Under the pieces are notes generated by a model that was not told where the DNA came from, made no database searches, and worked only from the letters and a program-made list of their open reading frames with translations. Made by a program: the position numbers and the translations under genes. This document shows positions 33,320 to 42,149 of a DNA stretch of 57,477 nucleotides, piece by piece; within the stretch, counting starts at the first letter, position 1; each line of letters starts with the position of its first letter. This stretch comes from an uncultured Gemmatimonadales bacterium (lineage in GTDB: Bacteria; Gemmatimonadota; Gemmatimonadetes; JACCXV01; JAHWKZ01). Location: contig CAMYLR010000026.1 in NCBI GenBank assembly GCA_947259315.1, forward strand, positions 1 to 57,477. The letters run 5' to 3'.

Positions 33320-33352
33320 TCAAATTTTGAACGATACGTCAAATTTTGTCAA
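33319..33352 (-). promoter_or_regulatory. Promoter of the tetR-bcr operon with two candidate operators
   Basis: Minus strand TTGACA-N17-CAAAAT; palindrome TTCAAATTTTGAA 33319-33331 and repeat TCAAATTTTG 33339-33348. Confidence 0.65.
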
Positions 33353-33479
33353 GTCAGGAGAAACCCGTCTTCGACCACGGAGTGCGAAGCTTTTAACCAT
33401 ATATAGCCATTATTAACCTAGTAACTGCCGATCTCTGGTAAGATTGCGGATCGCCCCCTGTCGGGTTAGAACATCGGCC

Positions 33480-35243
33480 ATGGATCGCGCGACCCTGGCC
33501 GCCTCGCCCTATGCCAACGACGACCTGATCCCGACGACGCTCGACGAGCGGCGCTGGTCGCGCTGGAACATCGCTGCGCTGTGGATCGGGATGAGCGCCT
33601 GTGTCCCGACGTACATGCTGGGCTCGAGCCTGATCGCGAGCGGGATGACGTGGTGGCAGGCGCTGCTCACGATCGCCGCGGGCAATGCGGTCGTGCTCGT
33701 GCCGATGATCCTCAACGGCCACGCCGGGACGAAGTACGGCGTGCCGTTTCCGGTGCTCTTGCGAGCGCCTTTCGGCATCCTCGGGGCCAACGTCCCAGCC
33801 CTGCTTCGAGGGTTGGTCGCGTGTGGCTGGTTTGGCATCCAGACATGGATCGGTGGCCACGCACTGTACGCGCTGACCCGTGTCATCGTGCCGGCTATTG
33901 GCGATGCGCCAGCGATCGGCTGGCTGGGTCTCAATGTTTGGGAGCTGCTTGCCTTCCTTGCGTTCTGGGCGCTCAACGTGTGGATCGCTTGGTCGGGAAC
34001 CGAGCGCATCAAGTGGCTCGAGGCGTGGGGAGCACCGATGCTGTTGGCGATCGGGCTGGCGCTGTTGGCGTGGACGTTCACCTCACCCGGTGGACTGGGG
34101 AGCGCACTGTCGTTTAGCCGCCAGTTTTCACAACCGTCGTTGGTCGTCACGGACCGTGAGGTGCGGCTGACAAGCCTGGCGGACGATGACGAGCCACGAG
34201 CGAGCGAATTCCGAATGGCTGCAGCCGCCTCCGAGGACGAAGCGCGCGAAGCGGTTTCGCAGGCTGATTGGATGGTCTACACCGGAGAAAAGATGGCGCT
34301 CACCCCTGGCGCCTCTGGTGGCGTCGTGGCGGCACAGCTCCGGGACGCCGACGGCGTGGTGAGCCCGACGCTGACCGGTCAGGCCACTCCTGGAGGGAAC
34401 CGGCTGGGGTTCTGGCTCCTGTTCCTGCCTGGCCTGACCGCGATGGTCGGCTTCTGGGCGACCTTGTCGCTCAACATTCCCGATTTCACGCGCTACGCCA
34501 GGAGCCAAACCGACCAGGCGTGGGGTCAAATCCTCGGGTTGCCGACCACCATGACGCTGTTCGCGTTTATCGGCATCGCCGCCACGTGCGCAGCTGCGCT
34601 GCAGTTCAGCGATGTCCTGGTAGTCGAAGCGGCTCCGTGGGACCCGGTTGTCCTGCTGTCTCGTTTCGAAGCGCCCGTCGTAGTGATCGTGTCGATGGCC
34701 GCGCTGGCGATCGCGACATTGACGACCAACATCGCCGCCAACGTCGTCGCTCCGGCGATCGGGTTCAGCAACATCGCGCCGCGGTGGATCTCGTTCCGGG
34801 TCGGTGCGCTCATCACCGGGGTGATCGGGATCCTGATAATGCCGTGGAAGCTGATCGCCTCGACACAGGGGTACATCTTCACCTGGCTGATCGGGTACAG
34901 CGCGTTGCTCGGTCCGGTGGCCGGCATCATGATCGCCGACTACTGGCTTGTGCGTCGCCAGCGCCTGGACACCGAATCGTTGTTCTCGGAAGAAGGGATG
35001 TACTGGTATGGCGACGGTTGGCGCTGGACGACAGTGGCGATCCTGGCGCTCGCGGTAGCACCCAACGTGCCCGGTTTCCTGGCCGCCGCCGGCTGGATAT
35101 CGGCGGACAAGATCCCGCCGATCTTCCATTCGATCTACACCTATGCCTGGTTTGTCGGCTTCGGGGTCGCATTCGTGAGCTACGTTGGGCTCGGTTCCTC
35201 TGAGCGGCCCACTCTCGCAGCGGAGAAGGCGAATGGTGCTTGA
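33480..35243 (+). CDS. NCS1 nucleobase:cation symporter with inserted extracytoplasmic domain
   Basis: ALWIGM, GTKYGVPFPV, ACGWFGIQTWIG, WATLSLNIPDFTRYA, NIAANVVAP. Confidence 0.93.
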   Translation: MDRATLAASPYANDDLIPTTLDERRWSRWNIAALWIGMSACVPTYMLGSSLIASGMTWWQALLTIAAGNAVVLVPMILNGHAGTKYGVPFPVLLRAPFGILGANVPALLRGLVACGWFGIQTWIGGHALYALTRVIVPAIGDAPAIGWLGLNVWELLAFLAFWALNVWIAWSGTERIKWLEAWGAPMLLAIGLALLAWTFTSPGGLGSALSFSRQFSQPSLVVTDREVRLTSLADDDEPRASEFRMAAAASEDEAREAVSQADWMVYTGEKMALTPGASGGVVAAQLRDADGVVSPTLTGQATPGGNRLGFWLLFLPGLTAMVGFWATLSLNIPDFTRYARSQTDQAWGQILGLPTTMTLFAFIGIAATCAAALQFSDVLVVEAAPWDPVVLLSRFEAPVVVIVSMAALAIATLTTNIAANVVAPAIGFSNIAPRWISFRVGALITGVIGILIMPWKLIASTQGYIFTWLIGYSALLGPVAGIMIADYWLVRRQRLDTESLFSEEGMYWYGDGWRWTTVAILALAVAPNVPGFLAAAGWISADKIPPIFHSIYTYAWFVGFGVAFVSYVGLGSSERPTLAAEKANGA

Positions 35244-36423
35244 AGGCGTTCGAGTTGTGGATCTGACCCGCATTCTGGCGGGGCCCTACGCGACGATGAT
35301 TCTGGGGGACTTTGGCGCTGACATCGTCAAGATCGAGCGCCCCGACGGCGGCGACGAAACGCGCGGATGGGGTCCACCTTGGGTCGCCGGCGCGGGCGGT
35401 GCGAGCGCCTACTTCACCGCCGTCAACCGCAATAAACGGAGCTGCACGCTCGACCTGAAGAGCGATGGAGGCAAACGTGTTCTGTGGCGCATGCTCGAGC
35501 GCGCCGACGTCGTCATCTCAAACTTCCGCCCAGGTGTGCTCGACCGACTCGGTTTCCCGTACGATGCAGTCCGCGAACAGAATCCTGGGATCGTCTACGC
35601 CGTCATCAACGGGTATGGAGCGGAGGGTCCCGGCGCCGACAAACCGTCGTTTGACGTGATCGTGCAGGGCGAGTCGGGCGTTATGGACGTCACCGGTGAC
35701 CCGGCGGGTCCGCCGACTCGGGTCGGAATCTCGCTCGGTGACGAAACCGCGGGACTGCTCGTCGTCCAGGGGATCTTGGCGGCGCTGCTCGAGCGCGCCC
35801 GAACCGGGGAAGGGCAACACGTCGAGGTCGCTCTTCACGACGGATTGCTGTCGCTGTTGACGTATCACGCGCAGAACTGGTGGTCGGGCGGTGAAAAGCC
35901 GGTACGGCTTGGCAACGCTCACCCGTCGATCGTTCCGTACCAGACTTTCGGGGCCAGCGACGGATGGATCAACATCGGCGCCGGAAACGAGCGCCAGTGG
36001 GCGCGGCTGTGCAAGGTGATTGGCAAGCCCGAGTGGGTCGATGACCCGCGCTATGCTACCAACGGTCAACGCAACGTTCACCGAGACGAGCTCATCCCGA
36101 AGCTGGAGTCGATCTTCGGTTCCCGATCGACTGCGGAGTGGGTCGCAGCTCTGTCGGAGGCCGACATCCCGTGCGGCGAAATCCGGACCGTGCCCGCCGC
36201 GCTCGATTCGCCCGAGGCCAAAGCCCGCGAGATGATCGTCGAGGTTTCCGGCTCGGACGGTGAGCCGCTCCCTCTCGTCGGTGTGCCGATCAAGCTGTCG
36301 GCGTCGCCTTGCCAGGTGCGAACCCGCCCCCCCGATCTCGGTGAGCACACCGATGAGGTGCTGACCGAGCTCGGTTACGATGCCGACGAGATCGAGGCGC
36401 TACGACAAGACGGAGCTGTCTGA
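35233..36423 (+). CDS. Family III CoA-transferase (CaiB/BaiF)
   Basis: DLTRILAGP, GDETRGWGPP, NRNKRS, NFRPG, LGD catalytic Asp, LGEHTDEVL. Confidence 0.93.
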   Translation: MVLEGVRVVDLTRILAGPYATMILGDFGADIVKIERPDGGDETRGWGPPWVAGAGGASAYFTAVNRNKRSCTLDLKSDGGKRVLWRMLERADVVISNFRPGVLDRLGFPYDAVREQNPGIVYAVINGYGAEGPGADKPSFDVIVQGESGVMDVTGDPAGPPTRVGISLGDETAGLLVVQGILAALLERARTGEGQHVEVALHDGLLSLLTYHAQNWWSGGEKPVRLGNAHPSIVPYQTFGASDGWINIGAGNERQWARLCKVIGKPEWVDDPRYATNGQRNVHRDELIPKLESIFGSRSTAEWVAALSEADIPCGEIRTVPAALDSPEAKAREMIVEVSGSDGEPLPLVGVPIKLSASPCQVRTRPPDLGEHTDEVLTELGYDADEIEALRQDGAV

Positions 36424-37512
36424 CGCGCTGATCCCCCTAGGCGGGACGTTCGTGATCGTACCGGCATCAGTATTGTGCTCGATCGCGAAGAGTGCGATCG
36501 ATTCCCGCTTACCACGTAGTCGGACGTCACCGATGGCGGTGGCTTTCAGCTCTCCGGGGAGCTTCAGCCTGTCTAGGACCCACTGCGAGGCGAGGCAGTC
36601 AGCGCCCGTCTCCTTGCACAACGCTTCGATCCGAGAGGCAGCGTTGAGCGCGTCACCGTGGAACGTCAACTCTTTCTTGGCTTCACCGACCCATGTGGTA
36701 ACCACGTCACCACCATGGACTCCGCCGCGCAGTCGCGGCACTACTCCATATCGCTTCAAGTACTTGTCCGTCCGAGCTTCGAGCATCCCCACCATCTCGA
36801 AAAAGCATCGCAGGCAGGCGGCATCCTGGAAGCCGCGATCCTGACGCCACGTCACGATCACCCCGTCGCCTACGAACTGATATACGTCACCTCCCCAGGC
36901 CAGGATGGCTTCCGACGTGTCACCCAAGAACTCCCGCACGAGGCTGCTGTACGCTAGGTTGCCGAGCCGTTCCGCCAAGGCCGTTGATCCAACCATGTCA
37001 GCGAAGAGAAACAGCCTGACTTCCTCCTCGGGGTATCGATAGCGACCCGTGAGAAACCGCCATATCTCCCCGCGGTTGTGAAGGGTACGGATCTCCAAAG
37101 CGCTGGTCAGTACAACCGCCGTGACGAAGGCCATCATGAAATCGCGGGTGAGACGATCGTCGAAGAGGTACCGCCCAGCGCCTTCAAGGAGCCCGACCCG
37201 CGAACCAATGGCGATAGCGATGCCGTTGACTAGCACCAGAGCTAAGAGCATCACCGCGCTGTACAGCAGCACACGGAGAGCGTTCAGCGTGAAGAACCTG
37301 AACCTGCGGCTCCCCAGGGGGAGCAGAAACTGCTCGGTCACGCCCACTGCAACACCGATCAGGAGACCCACGAAGAGCCCTCGAATACTGCTCCAGAGCA
37401 GTATTCGTTGGTCGATCTGGCCGATGAGGAGACCGAGAAGGGAACCGCCCAGCATTCCGACCACCGCGAAGGTGACGACCGTCCGAACGCGCTTTCGTTG
37501 AACTGCGTTCAC
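36400..37512 (-). CDS. Membrane-bound class III adenylate/guanylate cyclase
   Basis: Four TM helices, FADMVGST, FVGDG, HGDALNAASRIE. Confidence 0.88.
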   Translation of the reverse strand: MNAVQRKRVRTVVTFAVVGMLGGSLLGLLIGQIDQRILLWSSIRGLFVGLLIGVAVGVTEQFLLPLGSRRFRFFTLNALRVLLYSAVMLLALVLVNGIAIAIGSRVGLLEGAGRYLFDDRLTRDFMMAFVTAVVLTSALEIRTLHNRGEIWRFLTGRYRYPEEEVRLFLFADMVGSTALAERLGNLAYSSLVREFLGDTSEAILAWGGDVYQFVGDGVIVTWRQDRGFQDAACLRCFFEMVGMLEARTDKYLKRYGVVPRLRGGVHGGDVVTTWVGEAKKELTFHGDALNAASRIEALCKETGADCLASQWVLDRLKLPGELKATAIGDVRLRGKRESIALFAIEHNTDAGTITNVPPRGISASDSSVLS

Positions 37513-37691
37513 CGAAGCAGGTCCTCCTTTCTGACCGAGAAGCTGAAACTAAGTGGTGCCTGGGCGCATGAAAGTGCCGGACGCGCTCCGCGTTCAGCGT
37601 GCCCGCCCGCCAACGCCGTCGGTCGCACGACGCGCAGGCGTCAGCTATGATTAAAGGCATACAACCGGCACGATACCCGCATGGAGGCATC

Positions 37692-38567
37692 ATGGCGAGA
37701 GTGGTGAAGGGTGGTCTGATCCAGGCGGCGATCCCTGACGGGGATGCCAGCCGACCGATCGACGAGATCAGACAATCGATGATCGACAAACACGTGGTCC
37801 TGCTGGCCGAGGCCGCCGAGCGGGGTGCGCAGGTCGTCTGTCTACAGGAGCTCTTCTATGGGCCGTACTTCTGCGCCGATCAGGACGCGAAGTGGTATCA
37901 GCTCACCGAACAGGTCCCTGACGGGCCGACGTGCCGACAGTTCGGAGACTTGGCACGCGAGCACGGTGTGGTACTTGTGCTCCCGGTCTATGAAGAGGAG
38001 ATCGCTGGGGTCTATTACAACACCGCGGCGGTGTATGACGCCGACGGGTCGTACTTGGGCAAGTACCGCAAACACCATATTCCGCACTGCGCGCCCGGAT
38101 TCTGGGAGAAGTTTTTCTTCAAGCCAGGGAACCTCGGATACCCGGTGTTCGAGACCGCATTCGGAAACGTCGGGGTGTACATCTGCTACGATCGCCACTT
38201 TCCCGAGGGCGCGCGGATCCTCGGTTTGAACGGTGCGGAGATCGTCTTCAACCCATCGGCTACGGTGGCCGGGCTCTCGGAGTACCTGTGGGAGCTCGAG
38301 CAGCCGGCCCACGCGGTGGCGAACGGCTACTTCATCGGCGCGATCAACCGCGTCGGCCACGAGAACCCCTGGGACATCGGTGAGTTCTATGGCAAGTCGT
38401 ACTTCGCCGATCCGCGCGGGGAGATCATCGCTCAGGCGCCGCGCGACCGTGACGCGGTGGTCGTCGCTGACCTCGACCTCGACATGATCGAGGAAGTCCG
38501 TCAGACGTGGCAGTTTTTCCGGGATCGGCGACCTGAAACGTACGACGAGATCGCCGCGCTGCTGTGA
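37692..38567 (+). CDS. Nitrilase-family beta-ureidopropionase
   Basis: QELFYGPYFC, YRKHHIP, ICYDRHFPE triad, WQFFRDRRP; pyrimidine cluster context. Confidence 0.88.
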   Translation: MARVVKGGLIQAAIPDGDASRPIDEIRQSMIDKHVVLLAEAAERGAQVVCLQELFYGPYFCADQDAKWYQLTEQVPDGPTCRQFGDLAREHGVVLVLPVYEEEIAGVYYNTAAVYDADGSYLGKYRKHHIPHCAPGFWEKFFFKPGNLGYPVFETAFGNVGVYICYDRHFPEGARILGLNGAEIVFNPSATVAGLSEYLWELEQPAHAVANGYFIGAINRVGHENPWDIGEFYGKSYFADPRGEIIAQAPRDRDAVVVADLDLDMIEEVRQTWQFFRDRRPETYDEIAALL

Positions 38568-38592
38568 CGATCGTCGACGAAAGCGAGCAGAG

Positions 38593-39915
38593 ATGACGGA
38601 TCCGAACAACGGCGGATCGATCGCGACCGCCAACCGGGCAGCCGAGATCAACGCTGGCCACGATCGCTATCTGTGGGACGCGGTCATGCGCTACTACGAA
38701 ACGCCGCTGCCGCTGGCTCGTGGGCGCGGCCAGCACTTGTACGACTACGACGGCAACGAGTATCTCGATTTCTTTGGCGGGATCTTGACCGTCCCGGTTG
38801 GGCACTGTCACCCCACCGTGACGCAGGCGATCCAGCAGCAGGCGGAAACGCTCGTTCATACGTCGACCCTCTACCCGACCGGGCCGATCGTAGAGCTGGC
38901 GGAGAAGATCGCTTCGCTCACCCCTGGGGATCTGTCCAAGACGTTCTTCACCAACAGCGGCACCGAGGCCGACGAGACGGCGATCATGCTGGCCAAGGCG
39001 GCGACCGGCAATCAAGCCGTGATCGCGCTGCGCCACGCCTACGCGGGGCGCTCGATGTTGGCGGTAACGCTGACCGCGCACGCGCCTTGGCGCAGCGTCG
39101 ACTACATCTCCGGCATCAAGCACGCGCTGGCCCCCTACTGCTATCGCTGTCCGCTCAAGCTCGAATACCCGTCGTGCGGGGTAGCGTGCGCCGAGGATCT
39201 GGAGGAGCTGATCAAGACCACCACGCCGGGGCGGGTCGCGTGCATGATCGCTGAGCCGATCATGGGTGTCGGTGGCTTTGTCACGCCGCCCACGGAGTAC
39301 TTTCAGATCGCGGCCGAGATCGTGCGCCGCCACGAAGGGCTGCTGATCGCGGACGAAGTCCAGACCGGTTGGGGCCGAACCGGCACCAAGATGTGGGGAA
39401 TCGAACAGTATGGCGTCACGCCGGACGTCATGACGATGGCTAAGGGCGTTGCCAACGGCATGCCGATGGGCGTGACCGTTACGACGCCCGACATCGCCGC
39501 CAAGTGGGAGGGCCTGACGCTGTCCACGTTTGGCGGCAACCCGCTGGCGTGCGCTGCGTCCCGTGCGACGATCCAGGTGATCGAAGAGGACAACCTGGCC
39601 GAGAACGCGGAGACTCAAGGTCGGCGGTTGCGAGACGGTTTGGAGAAGCTTCAGGAGAAGCATGCGTTGATCGGCGATGTGCGTGGCATGGGACTCATGC
39701 AGGGGATCGAGATGGTCGCTGATCGTCGGACCAAGGAACCGGCGGTGTCGGAGATCATGCAGCTCATGGAAGAGACGAAGAAACGCGGTCTCTTGATCGG
39801 CAAGGGTGGGCTCTACGGCAACGTTGTCCGGGTCGCGCCGTGTCTCAACATCGGTGCCGACGATGTTGATCGAGCGGTTGAGATCCTCGATGACAGCTTC
39901 GCGGCTATCGGGTAG
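38593..39915 (+). CDS. Class III PLP aminotransferase (beta-alanine/AGXT2-like)
   Basis: YLDFFGG, NSGTEA, DEVQTG, MAKG, STFGGNP. Confidence 0.88.
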   Translation: MTDPNNGGSIATANRAAEINAGHDRYLWDAVMRYYETPLPLARGRGQHLYDYDGNEYLDFFGGILTVPVGHCHPTVTQAIQQQAETLVHTSTLYPTGPIVELAEKIASLTPGDLSKTFFTNSGTEADETAIMLAKAATGNQAVIALRHAYAGRSMLAVTLTAHAPWRSVDYISGIKHALAPYCYRCPLKLEYPSCGVACAEDLEELIKTTTPGRVACMIAEPIMGVGGFVTPPTEYFQIAAEIVRRHEGLLIADEVQTGWGRTGTKMWGIEQYGVTPDVMTMAKGVANGMPMGVTVTTPDIAAKWEGLTLSTFGGNPLACAASRATIQVIEEDNLAENAETQGRRLRDGLEKLQEKHALIGDVRGMGLMQGIEMVADRRTKEPAVSEIMQLMEETKKRGLLIGKGGLYGNVVRVAPCLNIGADDVDRAVEILDDSFAAIG

Positions 39916-39928
39916 AAGGGAGACCGCA

Positions 39929-40297
39929 TTGAGCCCCCGGACGAGTGCGTTACTTCTGACGGTTCCAGTCTTCGCGTTGTACTTCTATCTGCTCGGCGAT
40001 TTCGAGCCACCGCTGCCGATCGCCGACCGCGTGGCGGCCTGGATGTTCTACGCGATCCTGGCGGTGATGTTGATCGGCATGTTGGCGGTCCGTCTAGAGC
40101 CCCGGGGGATGTCGTACGTGTTCATGTTGGCGGCGCTGCTGCAGACCTTTTCCATGTTCCTGATGCTCCTTCTCGAGTGGCAAGCGCTGGAGACGGTCGT
40201 CTATCTCAACGTGTTGCTCGTTCTGAGCCTGTTACTGGTCTCGTGGCGTTTCCGAAACGTCGCCAACTTCGAAGCTGGGGAGGCGGAGTCGTCATGA
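39929..40297 (+). CDS. Hypothetical four-TM membrane protein
   Basis: AAGGGAG RBS then TTG; hydrophobic segments; ATGA overlap with next gene. Confidence 0.65.
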   Translation: MSPRTSALLLTVPVFALYFYLLGDFEPPLPIADRVAAWMFYAILAVMLIGMLAVRLEPRGMSYVFMLAALLQTFSMFLMLLLEWQALETVVYLNVLLVLSLLLVSWRFRNVANFEAGEAESS

Positions 40298-41781
40298 GTA
40301 CGAGACGCCGGTACCGGAACTACATCGACGGTGAGTGGCAGGAAACCGAAACCGGTAACTGGGCCCCGAACATCAATCCTGCCAATACTAAAGATGTCAT
40401 CGGCGAGTTGCCGCTATCGTCGAAAGGTGAGACCGAAATGGCGATTACGGCAGCTGAGCGCGCGCTGCCGGGGTGGCGAGCTATACCCGCGCCGGAACGT
40501 GGTCGATTGATCTCGCGCGCCCACCGCTTGATGACCGAGCGGACCGATGAGCTGGCTCGGTCGCTGACTCGCGAAGAGGGCAAGATCCTGCCCGAGGCCA
40601 AAGGTGAGGTCCAGAAAACGCTCAACATCCTCGAGTTTATGGCTGGCGAGGGGATGCGGCTCGATGGCGATACGATGCCGTCGGAGTTGGCCAATACGTT
40701 TGCCTACACGGTACGTGAACCGATCGGCGTCGTCGGCGCGATCACGCCATGGAACTTTCCGGTTGCGATTCCGGGTTGGAAGATCGCCCCGGCGCTGGTG
40801 GCGGGGAACACGGTCGTTTTCAAGCCGGCCTCGTTGACGCCCGAGACGGCGGAGCTGGTGGTCGGAATGTTCGTCGAGGCTGGCTTGCCAAGAGGCGTAC
40901 TGAACCTGGTCTACGGCAGCGGCTCGATGGTGGGGCAGACGATCGTCGAGGATCCGCGCGTCAAGGCGCTTTCTTTTACCGGCTCCAACGAGATCGGTGC
41001 CGGGTTGTACGTCGACGGAGCGCACCGCTTGAAAAAGGTGCAGTGCGAGATGGGCGGGAAGAACCCGGTCCTGGTGCTCGAGGACGCCGATCTTGAGCTG
41101 GCGGTCGAAGGAACGGTCCAAGGTGCCTTTGGCTCGACCGGTCAGCGGTGTACAGCGACGTCGCGCGCGGTGGTAGTTGACGATATCGCTGACGATTTCG
41201 TCGGGCGCGTGGTCGAATACGCCTCGGGAATCGTTGTCGGCGACGGTTTGACTGCCGAGACCGGTATGGGTCCATCGGTCGATCAGTCCCAGTACGACAC
41301 CGTGCTCGAGTACATCGAGATCGGTAAGCAGGAGGGCGCCGAATGTTTGGCCGGCGGCGAACCTCTCACCGGTCCTGAGCACGCCGATGGATACTTCGTG
41401 CAGCCAACGGTGTTCGATCGGGTCGACCCCGACAGCAAGCTCGCACAAGAGGAGATCTTCGGGCCCGTTCTCGCGGTCATCCGCGTTCCCGACTTCGAAA
41501 CCGGTCTAGAGGTTTGCAATAACACTCGGTATGGTCTCACGTCGTCGATCTACACCGCCGACAACTCGCGCGCGTTCCGTTTTATCCGCGGTATCGAGAC
41601 CGGTATCACGCACGTGAACTCACCCACGATGGGCGGCGAAGCCCAGCTGCCTTTTGGTGGCACGAAAGCGACTGGCGTGGGAATGCGCGAGATGGGGAAG
41701 ACCGCGATCGACTTCTACAGCGAGTGGAAAACCGTGTACATCGACTACACGGGCGAGAAGCGCGAGAGCCTTTTCTACTGA
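40294..41781 (+). CDS. NAD(P)-dependent aldehyde dehydrogenase, non-CoA-acylating type
   Basis: TPWNFP, FTGS, CEMGGKNP, GQRCTA, EEIFGP. Confidence 0.92.
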   Translation: MSTRRRYRNYIDGEWQETETGNWAPNINPANTKDVIGELPLSSKGETEMAITAAERALPGWRAIPAPERGRLISRAHRLMTERTDELARSLTREEGKILPEAKGEVQKTLNILEFMAGEGMRLDGDTMPSELANTFAYTVREPIGVVGAITPWNFPVAIPGWKIAPALVAGNTVVFKPASLTPETAELVVGMFVEAGLPRGVLNLVYGSGSMVGQTIVEDPRVKALSFTGSNEIGAGLYVDGAHRLKKVQCEMGGKNPVLVLEDADLELAVEGTVQGAFGSTGQRCTATSRAVVVDDIADDFVGRVVEYASGIVVGDGLTAETGMGPSVDQSQYDTVLEYIEIGKQEGAECLAGGEPLTGPEHADGYFVQPTVFDRVDPDSKLAQEEIFGPVLAVIRVPDFETGLEVCNNTRYGLTSSIYTADNSRAFRFIRGIETGITHVNSPTMGGEAQLPFGGTKATGVGMREMGKTAIDFYSEWKTVYIDYTGEKRESLFY

Positions 41782-41782
41782 G

Positions 41783-42145
41783 ATGAACGTCAAGCGCGTC
41801 GCGGACGTTGTCTCACAGCCCGTGGACGCTGGCACCGGCACCCGCCGCCAGGTCCTTATCGGTCCCGACGAGGCACCAAATTTTGCGCTGCGCCGGTTTA
41901 TCATGGAGCCCGGCGGCGGGATGCCGAAGCACACCAACACCGTCGAGCACGAGCAATACGTGCTGGCCGGCCGGGCCCGAGTCGGTATCGGCGATGACGT
42001 CGTTGACGTTGAACCGGGAAGCGTGGTCTACATTCCGGCCGGAACGCCTCACTGGTACGCGGTGAAGGGAGACGAGCAGTTCGAGTTCTTGTGTGCTGTC
42101 CCGAATCGTCCCGACCATATCGAGATCATCGACGAAACCGCCTAG
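41783..42145 (+). CDS. Cupin domain protein
   Basis: PKHTNTVEHEQYVL..G, YIPAGTPHWY. Confidence 0.85.
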   Translation: MNVKRVADVVSQPVDAGTGTRRQVLIGPDEAPNFALRRFIMEPGGGMPKHTNTVEHEQYVLAGRARVGIGDDVVDVEPGSVVYIPAGTPHWYAVKGDEQFEFLCAVPNRPDHIEIIDETA

Positions 42146-42149
42146 TCGG

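Noticed and set aside
33327-33342. FNR-like box in the bcr promoter
   Set aside because: TTGA and TCAA are 8 nt apart rather than the 6 nt of FNR sites
34128-39663. Long antisense and alternate-frame ORFs (e.g. 34128-35273, 38425-39663)
   Set aside because: Arg/Pro/Gly-rich shadow frames expected in high-GC coding DNA; no motifs
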